Below are positions 55,841 to 64,000 of a stretch of 64,000 nt of DNA, in pieces. Every line of letters starts with the position of its first letter. The stretch's first letter is position 1. This DNA is from Antedon mediterranea. Lineage: Eukaryota; Animalia; Echinodermata. The translations under genes and the position numbers were made by a program. The stretch is from assembly GCF_964355755.1 (NCBI RefSeq), contig NC_092678.1:9130422-9194421 (forward strand). The letters are read 5' to 3'. The notes beneath the pieces are model-generated. The model was given only the letters and a program-made list of their open reading frames with translations, did no database searches and was not told the origin of the DNA.

Positions 55841-58800
55841 TATTAATATGTATGTAAAATTCAATATTGTTCAATTGCTACTTATAGTGCGTGTGTGTTG
55901 ACTCGTAGTCGATTGTTATTTGCTGCGCGCACGAACGATACTACAAGGTCAATATTCTCCATTGTATGCTCTTGTAGTGTGTGTGGCTTACTATGTACAT
56001 AGTTCCAACGCGCGTGCACAATACTACAAGGCCATATACCAATTGCATGGTAGCCTACTTGGAACTATACGTGCCTACACAGTAGGCCATTGAGGTAACT
56101 GCACACAAAACGTGAGTAGTAATGGTAAATGACCTTGCAGTGTCGTGAACACGTGCAACAGACACTGAACATCGACTTGGGAATATGTACATGATAGTAT
56201 TAGCCACCAACGAGTTAACAACCACACACTACAAGCAATGGTTATGACCTTGACCTTGAAGTATTGTGCACGCGCGCAACAAACACTGAGCATCGACTTG
56301 GAACTACTGTATACATAGTAAGCCAACAAATGAACAACCACGCACTACAACAAGAGTAGCATGCATTGGTATAGGACCTTGAGCTTGTAGAATCGTGCAC
56401 GCACGTAACAAACACTGAACATCGACTTGAAACTATATGTTCATAATAGTCAACCACACCACAAGTATTGAAACAACTCATTATGTATATAAATACATTC
56501 CTATTATAAGTCTAAAAGGGCCAACCTGGAAAATTTGAAACAAGTGTTTCTCAACTAATTTGTGTATAGGCCTATAGGCCTATAGGTTTTATCCACCAAA
56601 AAAAGTTCCAGCTCATCTGGCCTATGAAAAGCCGCCATAAAATACAGATTTTTGCTCATATATCAGCTTCTACAGCATGTAAGAACGTGATTTTAGTGGC
56701 CAAGTGTAGGTTGTGAGGGTCAAGAAATCTAAAAACAGGCAGCATTTTCAGAATGCACTCAATGGTCGATTTTTGCTAATTTCTTAGCTCCTATACATAA
56801 TGAACTTAGTGATGTTTTGATGTTGATGTTGACGATGTTTTGGTTACAGAATAACAATTCAACATTCTAAAATACAGAGCCGGAAAGAACAGATAATAAT
56901 CAGTATGTACTGTAGGCGATACTATCAATCATAAGTTAATCACAAGATCTGGTTCCATGCTATGGGAACCATACTGAAATGCTTAAGCTGAAAGACAACT
57001 TTCAAGATACTATATACTATTATCGTCATGTCTGAAAACTGATTCATTATTATTGTAACACGATGTGTGATATACATTCGTCTGGAACATCTTTTATTGT
57101 ATGAATGTGGAATATTGTCGTTCATGAATATTGGATATGATCAATCTATACTGTGTCTATACCTGGAGACAAAATGGTACATCTTCTTCTTGTGTCATCA
57201 TTATAATGATACACAGTAGCTAAGAGCTTTTGAATACAGCTCTCTTTAAAGTAGGCTATGCACACTTTCAAAATCTTAACTCACCATTATGTCCAATACA
57301 ATCCAGAAAGCTCCTGAAAAGATGAACCCCTCCGAGTCTGATTATTATGACTGGTAGATGAGCAGTATTTTCAGAGTGAACTGTAGTATAAACTGTTGAA
57401 ATGTTGTTTGTATAACTAAGAATGATCGGCAAAAACAATCGTCAATTTTTCCACTTATCACATGATACCTATGCATAAATCCAGACCATTTAGGGTGACC
57501 ACTGTTGGTCCCCAGTGTATTAAGTAACTATCCATTCATTTATTTTGGTTAAGCACTAGGCCTATACAAAAGAAAATTATTATTATTATTTGGAAAGTAT
57601 CTTAAAATGTCTACGTTTAATAAACTTCTTTAGAATAGTATCTGTTACGTAGGGGAATGAGCTGTTAGGAGCTCATTGTACTAAGCCTCGGCATTATGTG
57701 GTAGGGTGGCCAGTCCCTTTCCACGCCGCCCTTTTTCTCTCTCGCTTTTTTTAGCTATGAGGAATGTTTAAATGCACTAAAAACGATTGAAAATAATAAA
57801 AGCCCTGGGTATGATAGGCTCTCACCTCAATTTTATAAAATATTCTCGGATAAAGTAGGACAACTAGTAGTGAATGTATTTTAATCAATCATACGAATTT
57901 TGTGAATCAACAAAATCTCAAAACAAAGGTGTCATAACGCTAATACACAAAGGGAAAGATTTACCCGCCACTCACTAGATAGTTGGCGTCCCATTAGCCT
58001 TTTAAACATAGTGTAGTCCCAATTTTAGTATGTTTTTTTCCAGGCAATGATTTTTCGCATGATCTACGGCCATTTAAAAAAGTGTAGGCCTATCACATAA
58101 TTTCATCTATATTGTATATTTGAATCTGACTCTCATGTTTATAACTTAAAATGTTTTATGTAAGGTGTCTATTAGATTTATGACCAGTTGAATTTCAAAA
58201 TGAGGTTCATCTCTTTCATCGTAGTTTATCACACTATAATAAAAAAAAAGCTTTTATTTTGATGACGTCATCATGTTAATCACATTGGAATATAAAACAG
58301 ACACAATTCAGCACTGAACATATAATCATATGTTTTCATTAATGTTGTAGGAGGATCGGACTAACAGTTTTTTAAAGCATGCCTCTCAATGAGTTTTTAT
58401 TTTTCTCTGTTTTAGACAACTTGGTACGTCACATAATGAAGTTTAAATAGAAAGTGTGTTCTTAGGCCTAGTGAGATGAATAAGAATAATAAAGAGATTT
58501 CGTCTGCTGCCAGGTTCGTTGTACAATTTGCCAGAATGAAAACATTCTTGAGCTCTGATTGGTTGATGGACGCCGATGGACATGCACATCGTGCAATCGG
58601 AACATTGAAAACAGATTAAATTCATATTTAGTGATGAAAATAGAGTATTATTTCTTGTTCATAGAATAGAATATTGGTGTGTACAAATGCATAAAAATGG
58701 TATACAAATAACAGTGGCAAATGAGTGGGTAAGAGCAGATAAACAGTGCTACAGTAAAAGAGAGATTAAGTTTGTACGTAAATGAATTGCCCTGAGAATG

Positions 58801-59737
58801 ATTATGAAGTTCCAACGTTATATACGCCATCTTGGATCCAAGTTAGCGGCCAAAGTGGGATCCGATTTTTCACCACTTTGATGTTTGTACATTATACATT
58901 TTTCCACGTATCCATATATATGGGGTTAGCTCAAGTCAAAATGAACGCAATTGTACTGGGTAGTCTTTAAACTACATTTTAAGAATTGTACTAGTTTCAA
59001 AGTATTTTCATTATTCTCGGGGTTGGAAGTTTGGGGGATGAGGGTGTAGTGTAGTGGCAAGGGTAGTAATGGTGTATCAAAATGACCTGAATTGTATTAG
59101 GAATGTTTTAAACTACACTTGAAAACTGTCACGGTTTTAAACTATATTTTTTTTAATCAAAAATTGTTGGAAAGTTGGAGGTGGAGTTGTTTGTTTAGTT
59201 TTTTTGCGTATTAGGGATATACTGACGTCTGGGGGTGATGAAAAACGAGGTTAGATGTGACGGGGAGGACACTTAAAACTTCATTTAATAAAAATATGTT
59301 GTAGGCCTACTACATCTTAATAATAATGATTGTGAGGTTCGGGAATGAAAAATAGTACAGTAATATCAGGTTCACTCTTCTCTGGTACAATGCAGAATAC
59401 ACACATAAATGGAGGTATAGTGCATAGACTAAGGTACATTATACAGCATTTATATTAAAAGGAAGATAAAGTTAATAGACATACTGTATTCTTCTTTATA
59501 TTTCAGTGTCTATTTTGTTTTAATTTTAAAAGCAAGCAATAGAAATCTGCAAAGTCATCGCAAATAATATTAGCTCACTGTAAAAAAAAACAGAGGGTAT
59601 ATTGAAATAATAGACGTTTATTATTTTATTATGAATATCATTATGTCAGTTGTTTTCCGTCATGTTTGGTATAGGACGTAATACTGCATTTCATAATAGT
59701 ATGTTAATGTTATTTCCGACTGAAGAACAGTAAAAAC

Positions 59738-59960
59738 AGTCATGTTTTTAGCTAAAATACATTTATTTACAGTATTTACAAGACAAGATAACTTGCTTAT
59801 ATATATCATGGGATATTTTTCTAGTCAAAATATCAGCGTCCCATACCCGTTTATGTGAGCGTTGAAGGCTGTAATGTGACTAAACACCTAAGTCATGTTT
59901 TTAGCTAAAATATATTTATCTATAGTATTTACAAGGCAAGATAACTTATATATATATCAA
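59738..59960. repeat. ~70-bp direct repeat pair
   Basis: AGTCATGTTTTTAGCTAAAATA...CAAGATAACTT at 59738 and 59891. Confidence 0.8.
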
Positions 59961-62821
59961 GAAATATTTTTATTTTTTTATTCTATTTATTATTATCTAT
60001 TTTCCATAAACAACTTAAACATATCGTAGACATAGTTTAATTAATTCAATTAAAATCGACAGAAGAAAAACTTGGACCGATTTTGGCAGTGGCTGTGGTC
60101 CTGCCGATTTTGGGCCCGAACCATATTTGTTGTGACAGAATCGTCTCGTCACACCTGGGCCGAATCATCCCGCATTCAGCTATTGCCTATATAGCAGCTT
60201 TGGAATATTAATTAGTAAGAAACATAACCTAGCCTTGTGTTATCACTGCATTTGCTGTTTGGAAAAAGGGTGTTCAATCGTATGTTTGGCAGGAGCGGCG
60301 TTTATTAGGTAGAAACATAAGCAAGAATACAGTATTGTACTTAGGCTACCGCCCGTGAGATTCATCAGCGTTCGGCAGTTGCAAAGAAATTGGTCAGCTT
60401 CTTCGTACAAATTTGCCGTTCTAACATAGACTGATAAAGGGAATTAAAAGGTGCCCGGCGCTAATATCGGACTTGTGGTTTAATAGGAGATAGAGGAACA
60501 AATTTTGGCTTAGTGCTATTATAGTATAGATTAACTAATTTGAAAAGAATAACATACATTGTCCTAATGGAAACGCCGATACGAAATGTATCATGCAATT
60601 TATGTAATTACTCGTAAAAGCACAAGCGGCAAATGCCAAGCAAGTGTCATCCGATAATTCAGTAGTTTGCAGTAAATAACATCGTTCATTACCTACCATG
60701 TAAAAGTTACACACGACGTGTCACCACCAGAAGAAAATCACAAAAAGACCGTTTGTCGCACGAAAATATATATGTACAGAAATATCGATAATTATTGGCA
60801 AAGGTTTATAATAAATTGCTTTTTTTAAAATAATATTTTTTCAAATATCGTATGGAATAGCTCATCCTATGAAAGATTCAATGATTATAATTATTGTAAA
60901 AAACAGACTGGATTATTAATTAGATTTTAAAACCACCAGGCCAGTGTTTAATTTAATTTCATTCTTTAATTAACTTTGCGTGACAAATGGAAAGTCATAT
61001 TAATCTTTAAATTATTATTGTGCAGGCACCGTTGATTTTAGTCAATTTTATACATCTCAGTATCATAGGCATATTCCTAAACAAAGTATCACATGTAAAG
61101 TTTTGGTTAAACTTTAACCTAATCATGTGACAAACGTTTATATACTGTATCACAGTGCTTTCTTCAGATACAGTATGGAAAACAGGAAATATGTATTGCC
61201 TCTGATGTACAATCATCACATGTCGGTCAACAATATGGTAATGAAGTACTAATGTTATAAAAGGTGTTGACTGTGTGACCTGTTAGGCCTATTTAAAACA
61301 GTCTATGTAAAAGATTACACTTTTTATAGTTGTAATGCAGACATCTTTGCTTGCTGGGTGTATTGCTTCGGTAATTTCAAAGTTAACATGTTTGTCGGTA
61401 GCAATACATTTTTAAAAGTCTTGTCTACACTGATGACTTTATTTACCATTGCTGATTTTAATCATGGTCATAATCTAAGAAGTTCCTAAGTTTCAATTAA
61501 CTATCCCTTTTATAAGTTCAACATTGTAGTTCTTGCCACTTTACTTGATCTATGTTTCTGGAACTTTAATATGGAATCAATTAGATACCGGTATTGTTAA
61601 CTCTTCCTCTCTTAACTTTTCGTAAAAAATTAAAAATCACTTATTATCCTTGTATTCAATCTAGACTTTCAAACTTTTTTTGTCATGACCTTGTTTTCTT
61701 TTAAATATATAATTATATACAAATGCATGTTTTCTTTTCGTTTATGGATCTTGCGTGACAATACAGCTCTTCTTACAAAATCCTCTAATGGTATTGTTGT
61801 ATTATTTCATTATTATATATTACTATTTTGTTATTGTATTCTTTACATTGATAGAAATTAATAAATGTTGAATTAATATTAAACTTTATGTGACAAAAAA
61901 ATGTGATGAGCCAATATTTGAGCATATCATTACCATATTTGGGCATATCACTTATCATTACCATATTTTGTCAAACTAGTGTGTGGTGTTTAAGAAATAC
62001 AAAACAATTTCAAATGACCTCCAGTTGTAATATGATAAATAGGCATTGTTTTACAAAACCAATAATACAATGTCTAATGAAAACATTAAACTTTCTATGA
62101 TTGTATAGGTCTATCTATCTTAATAACAAGAGAACAATATCTACATTACGGTATAAGGTGTAGTTTATAAAACTATTCGAAGCTCAACACCAACAAAGAT
62201 TCATATTGTTAAATCAAGGATTGTTTGTAGAAATTGTTTGGATGCACCAGTAATAAAACAAACAAAATAATAAATAAAAATATAGTACATAATAAATATA
62301 TAATTGTTTATAATTGTATACATGTTTAAATAAAAAAACATTGACTTCTGTAACAAAACTTTTCCTACAAGAAATTTTTCAAATAGAACATCATTCCAGG
62401 ATTTGGTACCAGTAAACCTAAATTAATACGATTTTAGGTAAAGCATAATTTTACTTTTTATTTAGCTTTGTACAAGGATGGGTAATAGGTGAAAAGCATT
62501 CAGACATTGAATGAGGCGTTCTTTCGTGATATAGATCTTATATCAAATGTAAGAACATATAACTCAGTTAATTGTTACAGGTCTAGAAATCTGTAATTAA
62601 AAAAACATTATTTTTTCGTAAAGAAAAATTGATACGAATTCCCAACGGGGAAATGTCTTCATTGAAAAAGAATACCAGATCATTTTCACAAACATGATTA
62701 AGAATCCCTAATAAATAATACCAACATATTTAACACAGATATTTGTTTACTTAGATATAATTATAACGTTAAATTACCTCGTTATTAACAACTTTATTTT
62801 TGGAGTGAAAAATCAAAATTG

Positions 62822-62930
62822 TTTTCAGTCGCCTGCAACGCGACTCTATTGCTCACCATGTCGGTTGGTCGGTCGGTAAACATTATCTTAAATTTGAACA
62901 CGCAGCTGCCAGCCATATATGGCCTTTTGT
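62822..62930 (+). mobile_element. Short HINE/Helentron-like remnant
   Basis: TTTTCAGTCGC...GCGACT hairpin, GGTC microsatellite, 3' GCCATATATGGC stem-loop followed by T-run. Confidence 0.45.
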
Positions 62931-63321
62931 AACCTTTAAACAAAAATGTTAATAACACGTGTAATTTTTAGTGTATTTGAAAATTTTAATTTTTTAAATG
63001 AAATTTTTAAAATGTGACTACAAAGATGTAAGTACATACAATTAATAGATGCCAAACAACATTTGATATGTTTTTAGGTAATGTACGAGTAGTAAATAAA
63101 CAGTATAAATAAATAAACAATAATACATAAAGAAATCCTCGCCATTGTCATTTAGGATTCAGTATTTCGACATATATACATATACATATATAATATAAAT
63201 CCAAAGGCAAATTACTGAAAAAAATGACAATGCTGTGGGTATCAGTGGCTGGATCTCAATGGAGATACAAAAAAAGCGCGAAAAGCTAAATCAAAACGAT
63301 AAAGTAAACAGCCAGAAAAGT

Positions 63322-63365
63322 TAGCAGAGCTTTCGGGCAACACTAGCCCTTCATCATCAGTGCAA
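63322..63365 (-). ncRNA. Penelope-type hammerhead-like motif (degenerate)
   Basis: Minus strand GCA-CTGATGA-TGAA-GGGC-TAGTGTT-GCCC-GAAA-GC-TC-TGC. Confidence 0.5.
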
Positions 63366-63865
63366 GTGAGGGAATTTGGATAAAGTCATAGCATAAGAGC
63401 TGGCAAGTGCTGCCTGGGTGGACAGGAATAAAAGAGTTATAACAATAGAAACAGCGTGTTGAATGGTGGGTGGAGACTGAATAAGAGTAGAAAACAAAGA
63501 AGGTAGCTTGGTAGAGATATAAACAATTTTGGAATGGAACTAAAAAAAGCTAAAATGGTGGTTAATATTGAAACTTTATGTTATCATCTTTTAGCTTCCA
63601 GATGTACTGGCTAAGTGTTGTGCTGTTTTTGTATTTAACATTACGGAATGAACTATTATGTGCGTTATATCTACATTTAAATGTGTTTTCGGTTAGTCCG
63701 ACATGTTTCAACTTTATCATCACCATTTGTTGTTACTGTAGCCTGATAAACAACACCACTGTAAAATTATAGAAACGGTGCTCATATTCGGAAAATGATC
63801 TCATAATCGCGTCGAGCATAGCTCATTGGCGAAAGTTCCGTATTTTTAAGTTGTATGAAAAATGT

Positions 63866-63920
63866 CTCTGGCGGGATTCGAACCTGCAGGGCGAGTATCA
63901 TACCACTAAACCACAGAGCC
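63866..63920 (-). repeat. tRNA-derived SINE head or truncated tRNA pseudogene
   Basis: GGCTCTGTGGTTTAGTGGT (A box) and GGTTCGAATCCCG (B box); anticodon/variable region deleted. Confidence 0.6.
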
Positions 63921-64000
63921 ATATAAGGTATTATCACAGATTTTCACCCACCAGATACATTCTTTCATACAACAACCACCCTCACAATCAGTGGAGGCCT

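Noticed and set aside
60900-61780. Possible decayed coding or viral fragment on the minus strand
   Set aside because: No motif I could recognise, and multiple stops in all frames examined.
63866-63920. Functional tRNA
   Set aside because: Only 55 nt, with the anticodon arm incomplete.
51000-64000. Divergent neighbouring gene (ARMC10 lies head-to-head with FBXL13 in human)
   Set aside because: No recognisable exons; the region is TE remnants and AT-rich DNA, although small exons could be missed.

Overview
AT-rich eukaryotic genomic DNA, probably from an invertebrate; the many TAGGCCTA motifs suggest an echinoderm-like genome, but that is inference only. The window holds the 5' part of one spliced gene on the minus strand, an FBXL13/DRC6 orthologue. 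Eleven GT-AG exons run from 50842 down to 2768, all phases join, and they give 1115 nt (about 371 codons): D/D-like N-terminus, SFI1-like Trp repeats, F-box and the first LRRs. The gene continues past position 1. The introns and upstream 13 kb are mostly transposon-derived: a head-to-tail Helitron dimer hosting a four-level nest (Helitron > foldback-like element > TTAA MITE > Academ), a second Academ-like long-TIR element, and many Harbinger, Tc1/pogo, Kolobok-like and hAT-like MITEs. There are also BEL/Pao and LINE remnants, a 5S-derived SINE3-like element, tRNA-like SINE heads, and Penelope-type repeats carrying minimal hammerhead-ribozyme motifs. There is no CRISPR or prokaryotic system, and most ORFs in the supplied track are spurious or decayed TE fragments.
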